Shown piece after piece: positions 1-13,414 of a DNA stretch of 64,000 nt (its first letter is position 1; the number at the start of each line of letters is the position of its first letter). This stretch comes from Cenococcum geophilum. Lineage: Eukaryota. The notes beneath the pieces were generated by a model. It was not told the DNA's origin and ran no database searches. It saw nothing but the letters and a program-made list of their open reading frames with translations. The stretch is taken from contig CP158635.1 in assembly GCA_050273025.1 (NCBI GenBank), forward strand, positions 10,602,001 through 10,666,000, in the 5' to 3' direction. The translations under genes were made by a program, and so were the position numbers.

Positions 1-518
1 AGCTGGTATGCTATATATAGTACTGCTAAGGTAGCTGCTAAGGTAGCTGCTGGGGTACTGCCTAAGGGCGGTTAGGTATTGGGTGCTATTAATAAGCTAG
101 GGGTACTAGCACTTAGTAAAGAGGTCGTACTGGGTATTAATTTACGTGCTATAGAATGTCTTATACGTTGCGTATTTATATATATTCTAAGCTAGCTAGA
201 ATTAGGTGCTGCCGGAGCTGCTAATGTGGTTTTGCTGCTAGGTACTGGGTTGCTGCTTTCAATTAAATAAAGCTACTAGGGCAGCAGTGAACCTTATTGC
301 TCTATAGCCAACCGGTAAGGTTAACCATTAATTAATGTCGGTATCACCTAAGTGCACTTGTATGGCCTATTAATTAATGAATTTGTTTGTTGTCTAATAG
401 GTATAGAAAGTAGAGGATTGTAAGGATCGCGGTGCCTAAGTAGGGGGTTGATTAGTCACCATAAGGATAACTAATTAAAGACACGTAACCACATAACCTC
501 TGTCTATATATTCCGACA
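1..518 (-). mobile_element. 5' end of a RIP-mutated Copia (GalEa-like) LTR retrotransposon: LTR 336-518 plus start of internal region running off the left edge
   Basis: LTR has inverted ends TGTCGG (336)...CCGACA (518). On the minus strand it is followed by ttaattaatggttaacc, a RIP-type variant of the ctaattagtggttaac that follows the Copia LTR at 37139. It interrupts the RNase H region of the Gypsy element starting at 519. Confidence 0.7.
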
Positions 519-1707
519 GAAAGTAATAGGGTACTATTTACTATCCAGATATAGCTATAATAGAATTCTCGCTATAACCCCGTTAGAAGCGTCCGTTTTT
601 AATATTAATTTAAGGTCAGGGTTATAGTAATAGAGGATTAGAAAAGAGATAAGCCAACCTTTTAGCTCTTTAAAGGCTTTTATATAGTCGTTATTAAAGA
701 TAAAAGGCGTATTTTTCCAAGTAAGTCGTACCAGAGGCTTAGCTATAACTCTATAGTTATAAATAAACCAGTAGTAGGAGTTATAAAAGCCTAGGAAGAA
801 CTAGATCCCCTTTATAGTATAAGGGGGTTTCTAGTTATAGATTGCCTTAACCTTCTTAGAATTAACCTTAATTTCTTCTATAGTAATAATAAATCTAAGA
901 TACTTTATACGTTTTACCCTAAATTCGCATTTCTTAATATCTACTTATAGGCCTACGTTTTGTAGCGTCTCTAGGACCTTCTTAATATGCACTTTATACT
1001 TAAGTTTATTATCTAAGTATATAAGAATATTGTCTAGATAGGCCGTATAGAACTTATTAAGGTAGTTAAAGGGACGTTATTAATATATTTTTAGTATATA
1101 GCCGGCTTATTTATTGATTTAAAAGGGAGGTCTTTATATTTATAGGACCTATAGCGGGTACAGAATATTATTAAGTCTTTAGCTATAGTGTCTATATAAA
1201 TTTAATAAAAAGCTTAATAAATATTAAGCTTTATAAAGACCTTTACCTAATTTAAGCGTATAAGGGTCTTATTAATTAACGGAATAGAGTACCGGTTCTT
1301 TTAAGTAATAGCGTTTAACTTTTAATAGTTAATATAAAAATAAAGGCCGTTATTAGGTTTTTTTATAAATAGAATAGGGGAAGTAAAAAGGGCTTAGCTT
1401 AGCTTAATAAACCCTTTATTAAGGTTATTAATTAGGTACTACTTTATTACTTTAAGTTTATCTATAGTTTATTAATAAAGGGGGCTATAGCCTAGAGAGT
1501 TATTCGCCTTTAATTAGATCTTATAGTTATAGGTTTAGTAAGGGGGTAGCTAGTTAAAGGCCGCCTTTAAGTATACGTCCTTATATCCCAAGTAGATAGT
1601 AGGGAGAAGACGCTTAACTAGCTCCTTATTAGTTTCTTTAGATAGCCCTTTCTCCCTTTTACTAAAAATCTAGTTAATTTTATATAAGCTAGTTATAAAG
1701 ACCTTAT

Positions 1708-4700
1708 TGTTAGCGACTCAGTCAATTAAGGCATAAGTACGGCAAAAGGGACGCGTAAGCCTATATAATTGGATTGTCTACAAACAAGAATATAAAGCTA
1801 AAGAAAGGAAAGAAGAAGAAGGGGAGCGCCGCTTAAAGCTATATACGATCCTCTAGTTACATAACTACAACTATATAAAACTATTTAAAACTATCTAAAA
1901 TTGTCCACTATAATCTACCGTTTTCCACTAGTGCCGTAACATTACCCCCCCCCCTCTAAAAAAGCCTACCCTTAGGCTTTATCGCTAAAAGTCTTAGCAA
2001 GAGAATCTGACTAATTAGATAACTTTAACCGGTGGTTAAAGTTCCTAAATATCTTAAGACCTTATATAACTAAGAAATTTCTAGGGCGTTTTTGTCCTTA
2101 TATTCTTCTAGTAGCATATTATCTTTATTATACTAGCATTCTATCTACTTATCTAGGTACTTTAGCAGTCTGGGTTTATTAGGGTAACGGCTATAAAACT
2201 CCTAAATCTTATAGGGATTACCTATAAAGTTCTATATAGGGTACTAAATAAGGTCCGGGTTATATCCTTTCTAACTAATATAATACTTTAACATTCCCTT
2301 TATAAGTTTATAGGCTAGTATTTCTTTAATTTCCTATTTATTATCGCTATTAACTTAAATTAGTAGGGGAGGTTCATTCTTTTATCTGGGTAGTAGGTTA
2401 TTTATAGCTTTCCATAGCTTATCTGGTAAAAAGATAGGGTAAACTTTAATTAAGTCTAGGAGCTTAACCTTATACGAGTTGCCTACTTTATTAAAAATCT
2501 TATATAGTCCTACTATTTTATAGTCTAGCTTATAGCTAGGCCATTTTATCTTCTAGTTCTTTATTATAACCTAGACTATATTACCTATAGTAAAGTTAGG
2601 TTCGCGCCTATACTTATTCGCCTGCTATTCTATTAATTTTTAGGCCTTTTCTAGGTTTATATAGGCTACTTTCTAGGCTTCTTCTAAGCGCTTAGCGTAC
2701 TACTAGGCTTCCTTATAAGATAGTTTTTCGCGTATAGTCTAGGGCCCTTTTAGTCTTTTCTAGTTAAAGCTTATATAGGGTATGTAACCTATTTCTAGTT
2801 AAATAGGGGTAAATCTGGTAGAGTTATAGGGTAGAGTTGCTTAGGCGTAGTCTATTAAGGGCAATAGTTTAGCCTAGTTATCTTAGAAGTAGTTAATAAA
2901 AGGCCGGAGTCTCTAGTCTAAGTATTAATTTATAATCTCTATTTAACTATCTATTTAGGGTAATATACTATAGAAAGCTTTAGCTTAATACCTAGGATCT
3001 AGATAAACTTATTTTAAAAGGCTAATATAAACTACGGCCTATAGTCGGATATAATAGTATCTAGTAGTCTATAAATTTAGTAGACGTAGTAGATATACAG
3101 TTAGGCTGCCTCTTTAGCATTAATATTTTTATAATAGGGAATTAAGAACGGGTGCTTACTAAAGCGGTTAACTAGGATTATAACTATATTATATCCGTTA
3201 CGGTCTAGAGGTAGCTTATAAAAGTCTATAGAGATATATTACTAGGGGCGGTTAGGTATTAAAAGGGGGTTTAATAGTCCTAGGGTTTTATCTCGTAGAA
3301 TTATAGACCTACGGCAGTTATTGCAGTTCCGTATATAGCGGTTAATATTTATAATTATTCTAGGCTAGTAGTAGCGGTCGCCAATAATCCTATAGGTCTT
3401 ATTTTTTCTAGGGTAAGCTATAGAGACCTAGGTATATACTTTGGCAATAAGCTAAGTCCGTAAGTTCTATTCCTCTACTACCACTAGCCATTTACAGTGC
3501 TTAAGCAGTCCACTTTTAAGGGACTATAGGCTAGAAACATTCTCTACCTTTTTACGGTACTCTTATAGAGAAGGGGCCGTACGGTTTACCTATAGTAGTT
3601 TATTAATAAGGTCTAGTTCTATAGAGTTAATAGGGTATATCTTAGCATCTAAGGAGTTTGTATTTAGTTCTGCCCATATTTAGAAGTTAAGGTGCTCTAG
3701 TTATAGTAGCGCCTAGGTCTATAATAAAATCTTTACAGCTATCTAGTTATTTATATCCTATTTACGCCTTATAAGAGCGTCCGTACGGTTAGTAGCGCCT
3801 AGCCTATATATAATTAGGAAGTTAAACTAAGATAGGGTGTCCGCCTAGCGCGCCTATTAGGCCGTAAGGGCCTTTATTATTATAAAATATTCTAAGGCCT
3901 TATAATTGGAAACTACCTAAATAGACTTAGGGGTGCCTTCTAGTTGGGCTCGCCAGTGCTAAAAGCTAGAGATAATAGCTAGCATTTCTTTATCGTGAAT
4001 TGGGTAGTTTAGCTTAGCATCTACTATAGTCTTTAAATAGTAAGCAATAGGGTGCTATTCTCCGTCTATTTACTTTTAGGAGTAAATACTAGCTATAATA
4101 CCATTTAAGGCATTGGTTTCTAGCATTAAGGGCCGTTTTAGGTTAAAGTAGGTAAGTAAGGGAGTAGAGACTAGTCGTTTCTTAAGCTTATTAAAGGCCT
4201 GCCTATATATAGTGTTAAAGTAAAAGGGCTAGTCCTTATAGATAAGTAGGCTTAGTAGCCGGGTAATTCTGCTATAGTTTTTAATAAAGCGTTAGTAGAA
4301 GTTACAGAACCTTAAAAATAACTATACTCCCTTTACGGTCCTTAGGGGTACCTATTAGTTAATTACAGCCGTCTTTTCTAGGTCTGCCTTAATCCCATTT
4401 ATACTAATAATAAACCTTAAGTACTTTATACACTTAACACTAAATTCTAACTTCTTAATATTAGCTTAGAGGCTAGCTTTCTAAAGCCGTTATAGGACTT
4501 TATAGATATACTCTTTATATTTTAATTTATTTTTAAAGTAGATTATAATATTATCTAGGTATACTGTATAGAAGTTATTAAGGTAGTTAAATAGTACATT
4601 ATTTATATATCGTTAGTATATGGCCGGTCCGTTAATTAGTTTAAAAGGTAGTACTTTATATTTATATATTCTGTAATAGGTCTAAAATATAATAAGGTTT

Positions 4701-7700
4701 TCTAATTTAGGGGTTATCCTAATTCAGTAAAAAGCCTAGCGGATACCAAGCTTTATAAAGATCTTAGCTCTACTTACCCAGGTTAAAGTCTTATTAAGTA
4801 AAGGCAGTGGGTAGCGGTCTTTAAGGGTTAAATTATTAAGCTTATAGTAGTTAATACAGAAATAAAGTCCTCTATTTAGCTTTTTAGTAAAAAGAATAGG
4901 TTAGTTAAAAGGGGCTTAACTAGGCTTAATAAAGCCCTTATCTAGGTTATTAATAAGATACTACTTTATAGCCTATAATTTAGTAGTAGATTGCTATTAA
5001 AGGGGGCTATAGCTAAGGGTAACCATCTTATCCGGCTTAATTTTAATCTTATAGTTATACGGTTAGTAAGGCGGAAGTATATTAGACGCTACTTTAGAGA
5101 AGGTATTTTTAAATTTCTAATATTAACGGAGCAGTTTCTATTTTACTAGCTCCTTATCTATAAGCTTACCTTTCTTTTAGAATAGGGCTTTTTTCTCTTT
5201 AATTATTTAATTAATTTTATATAAGCTAGTTATAAAGGTAATAGTATTAAGCTAAACTAGGTTCTAGTAGAATCCTATAAAGCTAATACAGTAGATATTA
5301 ACTAGTGGGAGGTTTATAGGTTTCTTTACAAATATTCATTAGGCCGTATTTTACGGTATAGGGTTTATAGTCTTCCTTAGCTTATATTCTATTTTCCGTA
5401 AGTTATCCTTCTAATTTATTAGTTTAGTATATTATCTAATATCCCTAGCCTTCCTTTATAGCTATATAGGGCCTAAGTTCTCTATTAGGGACTTTATAAG
5501 CTTTGCAGTGTATGGAGTTAAACAAGCGACTTTATTGTAAATCTATGGAAATCAAGTAGTATAAATACATGAAAAAGGTGCAGGTAATAAGATGAAGGGG
5601 GGTACTAATGCGTAGCTAAAACAGGGTGATACGCAGTCGAGACGGGGTGGTACGCTGGTGAGACAGCGTACTGTTTTGGCAGGGTACTAATACCGGTAGT
5701 CGGTTACAGACTTAGCTAGGCCACTACCAACTTCCTAAGTCTTTAGTGCGGGTAGTATAATATAGGTAGTCTAGGGGCAGTGTAATATACGGATCTATTG
5801 CGGATTAAGCTATATATCCTTCTTAAAAGCCTAGTCCCTACGCGTCGCATCGGCCTAGTAAACGGTGTTTATCTACAGCCGTATAAGGTTTTCCATTATA
5901 ATACTAATCTCTTTTATAAAGGAAGGCGTTAGGGGTATAGTTTTAGGCTAGATAAGCTGCCTATTCTATATATTAAGCTATAAGCCTAAATAGGCTAGCC
6001 ATTTTCTCCCTAAGATTATATTATAGCTTCTAAGGTCCGTAATAAGGAAGGGGATATTATACTACCTTTATCCGTTAACGCGAAGGTAGATTTACAAGAT
6101 AGTTATAATAGGTAGCCCTATTTATTCGTTATACCTATAAATAGGAATTAGTTTAGGCAGTTCTTTAAGGGGTATATTTAAAAAGTTAGCTAGTTTTACG
6201 GCGCACTTTATGTTAATTAAGGTAAATATATTTACTCTTAAGTTAGCTAAAATAGAGGTTAAAACTTAATATCTATTACGGAATAAAGTATAAGGGATAG
6301 TATAGCTTTTTTTATTAACTAGCTAACCCGGATTAATATATAATATATTAATCCCTTTTAACCCTAAAGAGGAGTCTTCCTCTAAAGTTCCTCTTTTTCT
6401 AACTCTATACTATCCTTCTAAATTAATAGGACCTTATTTATCTTTACCTTTATTAGGCAGTTCCTTATAGGGTAGCCTAGTTAACTATATAAGAAGTAAG
6501 CTCTTTAATTACTAAGGGCCTATATATAGGCCGGGTATATACTAGACCCGCAGTAGGGGTAGCTACACAGCTAGCTGCTAGGTTAACTATAGGAGTTACT
6601 AATTATACTAGGGCACTATAGGCCGTTCTTGTAGTACTTATAGCCTAGTTTATAAGGTTTCTAGTTTTTAGCCAATTAGCGCGTGCCTTAATTCAATAGA
6701 GGCCTTAGTTAATAGCTAGGCAATAGTCTATAAGTTTCTTTAACGTCTATACTATAGTATAAGCTAGTAATACGGCCCGCTATAGGTTTAAGGTAAGCTT
6801 ATTAAAGAGGTCTAGTAGTAGGTCTTTCTAGGGGATTTAGGCCTACCTGGCTAGGTATAAAAAGCGGGTTTAAAAGGCCAAAAAGGTCTCTATTGTTTTT
6901 ATATTTAGGCTTTTATAACTAAGGCGGGCGTTTTATACTTTAAAAGGGTCTTTATAAATAAAAGATAAGTATTTAATTATTTCTTCCTTAGAGATAAAGG
7001 GGTCTACTAAGTTTTTAGTATATCGCGAGCGTAAATACGTCTAGGCGTCTTTACTAGTACAGCTAAAGATATAGGCCATTCTGGCTCAGGCGTTAGGAAA
7101 GTAGTCTGCATTAACTTTAAGCTTATCCCGTAATTAAAGCCTCTAATTATTAAATATAGGGTTAGTTCCGTCTATAAGTAGTAGGGGATCCGCAACCTTT
7201 ACTAACCGCTTTAGTACTATATAGGCCTTAGTAGATCTACTAAGGCGCTAAAATAGGGCCTAAAGGACTATAGCAAGTCTTTAGTTATCTAATAATAACT
7301 TATTATTAGACATAGGGGTATCTCTAGCTTTAAGCAGCTCTTACAGTTATTTAATTTCGGTATTAGCTGCCGCAAGCTCCGCCTAGGGGGTTAAAACGTT
7401 AATTATTTCTTAGTCTAAAGTATTTAAGGGTCCTATAGCTGCTTTACCTACTGCTATATTTCATGGCATAGTAATAGGGGTGTTAGGTAATTCCGGGTAA
7501 TTTCTTTAGGGGTTCTAGTCTGTGCGTATCTTGTAGGTCCTTTCCTTAGGGTTCTATTTTTTTCTTTTAGGTCCTATCCTTATAGTCCTAGTAATGTCCT
7601 TAGGGTCCTATTCTATATTCTTATCCTATTTATAGTCTTATAGATATATTTAAGTTCCTTTTTAGGAAGAAAGAGTAGAGTAAGCTTTAGATAATGTTAG

Positions 7701-7928
7701 CGACTTAGTTAATCGAGGTATAAGCACGGCAAAAGGGACGCGCAAGCCTATATAATTGGATTGTCTATAAACAAGAATCTAAAGCTAAAGAAAGGAAAGA
7801 AGAAGAAGGGGAGCGCCGCTTAAAGCTATATACGATCCTCTAGTCACATGACTGCAACTATATAAAACTGTCTAAAACTGTCTAAAATTGTCTACTACAA
7901 TTTACCGTTTTCCACCAGTACCGTAACA
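1708..7928 (-). mobile_element. Full-length RIP-inactivated Gypsy (chromovirus-type) LTR retrotransposon
   Basis: Two 234-bp LTRs (1708-1941, 7695-7928), both TG...CA. 5-bp TSD CTTAT at 1703-1707 and 7929-7933. Poly-C (minus-strand PPT) follows 1941. Internal order on minus is gag-PR-RT-RH-IN-chromodomain, all with RIP stops. Close relative of the plus-strand copy at 45-49.6 kb. Confidence 0.92.
5495..5708. mobile_element. Solo LTR (214 bp) inserted in the nested Gypsy element
   Basis: Begins TATAAG (RIP of TGTAAG) and ends GGTTACA. Flanked by the 5-bp TSD GACTT (5490-5494, 5709-5713). Absent from the homologous region of the plus-strand copy near 46430. Confidence 0.85.
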
Positions 7929-10439
7929 CTTATTATCTTTTTGGTATATATTAAAATAGAACCCTATTATACTAATTGTAGTAATATCTACTATAGAGAG
8001 ATTCTATAGTTTTAGGGGACTATATAACTTTAGGGGTTTCTAGGGTATTAATTATATCGTCCCTTCTTTTAGCTCCTATTGTATCTTTCTAAGGCTATCT
8101 CTTATATCCTATTAGTAGGTTCTTTTCATATTAGTTAGATCTCCATAATTTAGAAGTCTTTTATATTACTATCTATCCTATTTCTATAGGTAGAGTTTTC
8201 TTTAACTATAGCGCTTTAAGAGAGTATCCTTATTAGTATATAGAAGTTTCTTCTAGCCTTTTAATAGGCGTTTTCCTAGGTAAAGGCTATATTATAATCT
8301 CTAATATCCTACTAATAGGTAGGGTTGGCCTTTCCAGCTAGCGTTTAGCAGTTAGTTTAGATTTCTCTAGTAAAGGAGAGCAACTTTAGTCTATCCTCTA
8401 GCTAGATAAACCGTCTTTATTGCATATTTAACTAAATATTAAAATAGAATATCTACTTTTAGCTAAGGATTATATTATAGAAACCTAGGTCTAAAATATA
8501 AAAGGGGATACTATATTAGCGTCGTCTATTAAGAGAAATATATAACCTTAAGACGTAGGTAACCGGCTTACTAGCTTAGATACTATAGCCTTTTACTAGA
8601 ATAGGTTTCTCTAGTTAGGTAGCTTTTATATTTAGGAACTTAGTAATATTAATTATATATATAGTATTTATAAAGGTAAAGCTATTCGCTCTAGTATTAA
8701 TAAGGGTAGTAATATTAACTCTATATCTATTCCGAGATACTATATATAGGATTATAAAGTATTTGCTACCTATTAACCAACTTAAATTAATCTTTTTAAG
8801 ATTAATAGGGTATTCTAGGAGGAGTCTTCCCCTAAGATTCTTCTTTTCCTAACTTATTAGATACCTCTTCTTTCTTTATTTCCTTAATATTACCTATATC
8901 CTTTAGCTTTATACAAGATAAGGTAAAATAACTATTCTTTCCGCAGCTATAACACGTAACTGTAGTAGGGTCGATTAGAGTATTACGGCTCGTATTAGTT
9001 AAGGGCGTAGTACGCAGTAGGTTAGGCGAAGCTCGCAAGTTTATAGTTATAGCTACTTTTAGCATAAGAGCTATTATAATTTGTCTTCCTACTTCCGCTT
9101 CTATAGGCGTGGCTAGTAGGTTTTAGTTACTATAGGGTTACTTCTACTAATTGGGGCGGGCGTTGATTTGCTTTAGTTCTAAATCTAATAATAGGCAGTA
9201 AGTTATAAGTCTTTTATAAGTTAGTAAGTTATCTAAGGTTATAGTAATCTTCTCTTATAACCTAATTATTAGTTTATCGTATAGGTCTAATTAGTAGTTT
9301 TTAAAGGGGACCTAGCCTTCTCCTATAAGATATAAGAATTACGTTTAAAATTTAGTAAAGGGTTAGTTTAGTTTTATTATTAAGCAATTATAGTTATACT
9401 AGGCATCCTATACTTTATTTAGGTTAACATAAATAGTAGCTAGATATTATAGTATTTCGTTAATAGATATAAACTAGATAGGGGTATTGTCCTTAAATTT
9501 AGCTTAAAGGTAGAGTCTATTCTGTTAAATAGTAGTTAGGGGTTAAATAGCTTAACAAACTTTAATTATTTTGCTATTATATCTATACTCCCTAGTTTAT
9601 TATATTTAGTAGAGTAAATAGGTTAACCAGGGCTTTAAAAAGGGAAAGCTAAACTATTATATAGAGCTATAAGGCTTCCCAAGATCTCTTCTAGGGTCTC
9701 TTAAGTGTTTTTTGCTTTAAAATAATTGGCTTTTTAGCTAGCCGCAAGGGCGCAAATCTACTTACGTACATCTATAACGTTATTATTATCTTTAATTTCT
9801 AATCCTAACTAGATCTTGGGTTCCTCTTATATAAAAACAGTTCTTTTAAATAAGCTTACTTTAGGTACTATTATTAGCTTCCTAGGGTTCGTTAAAATTA
9901 TATAATTCAGTTTTAAGTCCGGGATTCTTTTAGGGGTATAGGTTAAGTACAGTCTAGTCTATAAAGTAGGATATTTAGAGGGCCTTCCCAGGCAGTATAG
10001 AGAGAGTAACTTTTAGTATCTAAGTATAACGTATTAACGCGTTGTTGCAGATAAAGGTCTTCCTAGGGTAGGATTTTTTTAAGGCCTTCTTAGGCAGTGT
10101 AGGGAGAGCTTAGTATAATATAATAGGCTTATATAAATGCCTCTAAGACAAAGCTTATAGATTGCTACTATATAAAGATACTAAGCTAAAAAGAAGAAGA
10201 AGGCCCTTAGGGTTTAAGGTAAATACAAATGGGTCGCTAAGGCGCTAGTAGTAAGCGGGCTAATAGCGATTTTCTATACCGGGTATAGGAAATCCTGGTT
10301 AGCTAGCAGAAGTCAGGGTTAGTAGAATATGGTAAAAGCATAGCAGAATTTGGCAGGTAACGCGCCCTAGCACCGTCGCAATCGCATAGTTAGGTCTTGG
10401 CAGCTCTTTAGCTAACAGCTAGATAATCTCTACTTAGAG

Positions 10440-11030
10440 CTAGCTTAATTGCGTAGAATTAAGGTAAATTAAAGCTCTTAAAGTAAGCTAGAGCTCTTAA
10501 AGCAACTAAGGCTTTATAGAGAGATAATTATATAGGATCTTTAAGCTGCTGCTATATCTTTTAGACAAGCTATAGCTCTTAAAGTAACTAAGTAGCCTTA
10601 ATAAAAACCTTTACCTATAACTAAACCCTAGTAGGGGAAAAAGTCTTTTAGGAAGGAAAAGAGTGTCCGCTAATAGGGTAAGACTTAATTGTATATAATT
10701 AATCTTAAAGCCGTAGCTTAAAAATAAGCTATTACTATACTCTTAGGCGAACTATAGCTCTTAAAGTAAGTTATAGCTTAAGAAGGGACAACTACCTACA
10801 GTTAAGTCTTAGTAGCCCTTAGGCTAATAACCGGAGAGTCTCTGGATTGGGCCATAGCCCTTAGATAAGCTATAGCTCTAAAGTAGGCTATAGCTCTTAG
10901 GGTAAGCTATAGCTTATAAGATTATATAGGATCTTTAAGCTAAAGCTTAGAGTTGTATTTAATCTAGAAAAGTATAGTAGTAGTTATAGCTTCGGAAGCT
11001 AGCCGTTAGTTCTTTAGATAGCTATATCTC
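10440..11030. repeat. Degenerate RIP-mutated repeat tract (recurring aagctatagctcttaaag-like motif), unclassified
   Basis: Variants of gctatagctct(t)aaag recur at about 10487, 10569, 10752, 10868, 10887 and 11020. No coding motif recognised. Confidence 0.45.
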
Positions 11031-11599
11031 TTTAAAAACGTTTAACCTTCTAAGCTCTGTTAGTGGCACTGCCCTATATAGTAAACCGTAGTTGGCCTAT
11101 AGAGTATTATAAGCTTAATCGCGTATAATCCCCCTTAACTTCTGCTGGAAAGCTTTTAGATAGCAATTAAATTACCTTTAGGTCGCCGTTAGGGCAGAGC
11201 TGTACCGCTGCACTGCCAATTATATATAGGTATATTAATTACTAGGGGATAATTATATACAATCCAGATAGCACCTAACCCTTAACTAGGTAGCTACCGT
11301 CTCCTTTATCTTCTAATTTATATCTACTAATTGTAATATAGATGCGATCTACTAGACGTTTATTAGTATAGCTACTCTATAATATACACAATTATTTTAG
11401 GTAAAGGTAAAGGACCTAATTTATATTCTAATACCGTTATACGGATATAATCTTCTAGGCGTCTGTTAGTATACCTACTCTATAGTATACGCGGTTATCT
11501 TAGGTAAAAATAGAGGATTATAAAATATAAAATTGCTAAAGGGCAAAGCCCTTAGCTTGCTGCCAGCTACTACCTATAAGGGTATAGAATCGACTTAAA

Positions 11600-11826
11600 T
11601 ATAAGGTATATTACCTAGGTATACAGTAGGGAGTAGATAAATTAAGTATAAGTTATATAAGAGTTAATAGAAGAGGATAACATAGTAAAGAGTAGGTATA
11701 GTAATACCCTAGTATAAAGACAAACTGATAAGAAGGATAAGAGGGCTATAAGCCTGAGGAGCTTATAAGGAGGAGTTAAAGGCTAGCTAAAGGCTAGCCT
11801 TAGTAAGGGTTCAAATAACCCTTATA
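11600..11826. mobile_element. LTR (227 bp), inverted relative of the 18815-19041 solo LTR
   Basis: TATAAGG...CCTTATA (RIP of TGTAAGG...CCTTACA). Its reverse complement aligns end to end with 18815-19041 at the same length. No TSD is visible. Confidence 0.75.
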
Positions 11827-12391
11827 ACTTTAGAGCCTTTTATAATAAAATAGAGTTCTTATTCTTAATTATCCTATTTAATAATTATAAGCCCGGACCA
11901 TCCACTGTATTATCTTTAATTTAAAGTCTTAATATTTCTATTAATATCTTAATTTTAGACGTCTATAATATCCTTTTAATAAGAAATACTAATTACTTAT
12001 ACCGTAATTTTTACGAGCCTAAATAACTAGAATAAATAAATTAAGGTTCTTAAGAGAAAAGCTAATATTAATTATATCTAAGATTATTAAATTTAAAGGA
12101 GGTAATAAGTATAAAGAGGGTATTATAGAAGTATAAAAACGCTTAAAAGTACTTAAAGCGTAAGAGAATAAATAGAAAGATATCTAGATTTAGATGGTAA
12201 TAAGCTAAGGTAGTTAGTTTTCTTAGCGGCAAAGACTTTTAAAACGCACTTCCGTAGAGTTATAAAAGATCAAAGTTAGTAGATATTAGTAGGTGGGTCG
12301 TTAAGGTAGCTATTATATTAAACTCTACTTAGTCCCCTCTACTAAAATTACGTCTAAGGCACTTTCGTAAGATTTATTATACCTCTAGTAA

Positions 12392-12645
12392 TCTTTACTA
12401 CTATTTCTATTCCCTGCCGCTGCCTTAACCACCTCTTTAGCAATTATAACGTCGCCTTCTCTTTAATTAAGTAGAAGCGCTATTATTTCTTTACTACCTC
12501 TCCTATTTCTTACCACTACCTTAACTACCCTATTAGTAATTAAGACGTTGCCCCCTCTTTAATTAAGTAAAAATACTATTATTTCTTTACTACTTTAATA
12601 ATTCCCTACCGCTACCTTAACTACTTATTTAATAATTACGGCGTT
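12392..12645 (-). pseudogene. RIP-mutated fragment encoding 32-aa ankyrin-like repeats (ITEEVVKAAAGN..SGKEVMALLLDQRG type) of fungal NLR-like C-termini
   Basis: Three copies at 96-bp spacing (12423, 12519, 12615). The minus frame reads ...VVKVAVGNY*SSKEIIVFLLN*RGGNVLITNRVVKVVVRNRRGSKEIIALLLN*REGDVIIAKEVVKAAAGNRNSSK. Stops are TAA codons, mostly explicable as CAA->TAA. Confidence 0.7.
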
Positions 12646-12916
12646 ATCTATAAAATCGGCTTTTATATCTCTATACAGTAGAGTATAGGAACCCGGCTAT
12701 AATATTAACGTTCTATTAGAATCGTGCTATTAGACTACTAGAGTAAATATAAAGACGTATATACAGCAGCTACGCGCGTTAGCGCTATAGTTATATATTT
12801 AAAGACCCTTAGTCCCTACTATAGATAACCTCCCCCCCTTAGTAAATTTTAAAATATAACTAAAGTTAATCTATTACGCACTTACTCTATAGTTATATTT
12901 ATTATCCTACTTTACT

Positions 12917-13128
12917 TATTACAATTTAAATAAATACCTTTAAGGTAAGGCTTAAACAAATGCTATATTATAAAGATACTAAGCTAAGGAGAAGGAAAAG
13001 GGGTCGCTAGGGCCGATATAAACAAATATATAGGCCAGGCGCCAAGGCGCTAGTAGTAAGCGAGCAAATCGTAGGGTTGGCAGTATTGCGGCAGAATTTG
13101 GCAGGTGACGCGCCTTAGCGCCGTCACA
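12917..13128 (-). mobile_element. Solo LTR related to the 10119-10380 LTR family
   Basis: Shares ataaagatactaagctaa, ggcgctagtagtaagcg and gcagaatttggcaggt..cgcgcc..agc.ccgtc.ca with 10119-10380, and ends CCGTCACA. Possible RIP-altered TSD ttact/ctacc. The left boundary is approximate. Confidence 0.7.
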
Positions 13129-13414
13129 CTACCTATATACCTAGCTTATTAACAAGCCTACCGTAGTATCTACTACAGGCTTCGTTATAAAAACCTTCTT
13201 AATATGAACCTCGCGCTTAAGTTCGTCGTCTAAGTATATACCGTTCTCTTAAGAACTTCGATGTCTCCTGACCGCCTTGGCAGAATATTCAATTCGGACA
13301 ACAGTTCCACCTGCGTCAACCTTGGACAAATACCAGCTCCATACTTGCGAGACTATGAGCACTCGACAGGAATACCGTCATCCTACAAGATGATACCGAC
13401 CAGCCTATTCAATA

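Larger units (their letters stand above)
519..10380 (-). mobile_element. RIP-degraded Gypsy/Ty3 retrotransposon (host of the 1708-7928 insertion); 5' LTR 10119-10380, gag, protease, RT, partial RNase H
   Basis: Gag zinc-knuckle remnant in ORF 8832-9065 (CYSCGKNSYFTLSC). RT/RNase H remnants lie at 540-1700. The pol sequence resumes at 7929 after the nested element. The LTR ends ...ccgtcgca (10380) and starts with a RIP-altered tataatagg (10119). Confidence 0.75.

Noticed and set aside
8832..9065. 77-aa ORF as a host zinc-finger gene
   Set aside because: It is the RIP-mutated gag C-terminal knuckle of the Gypsy element.
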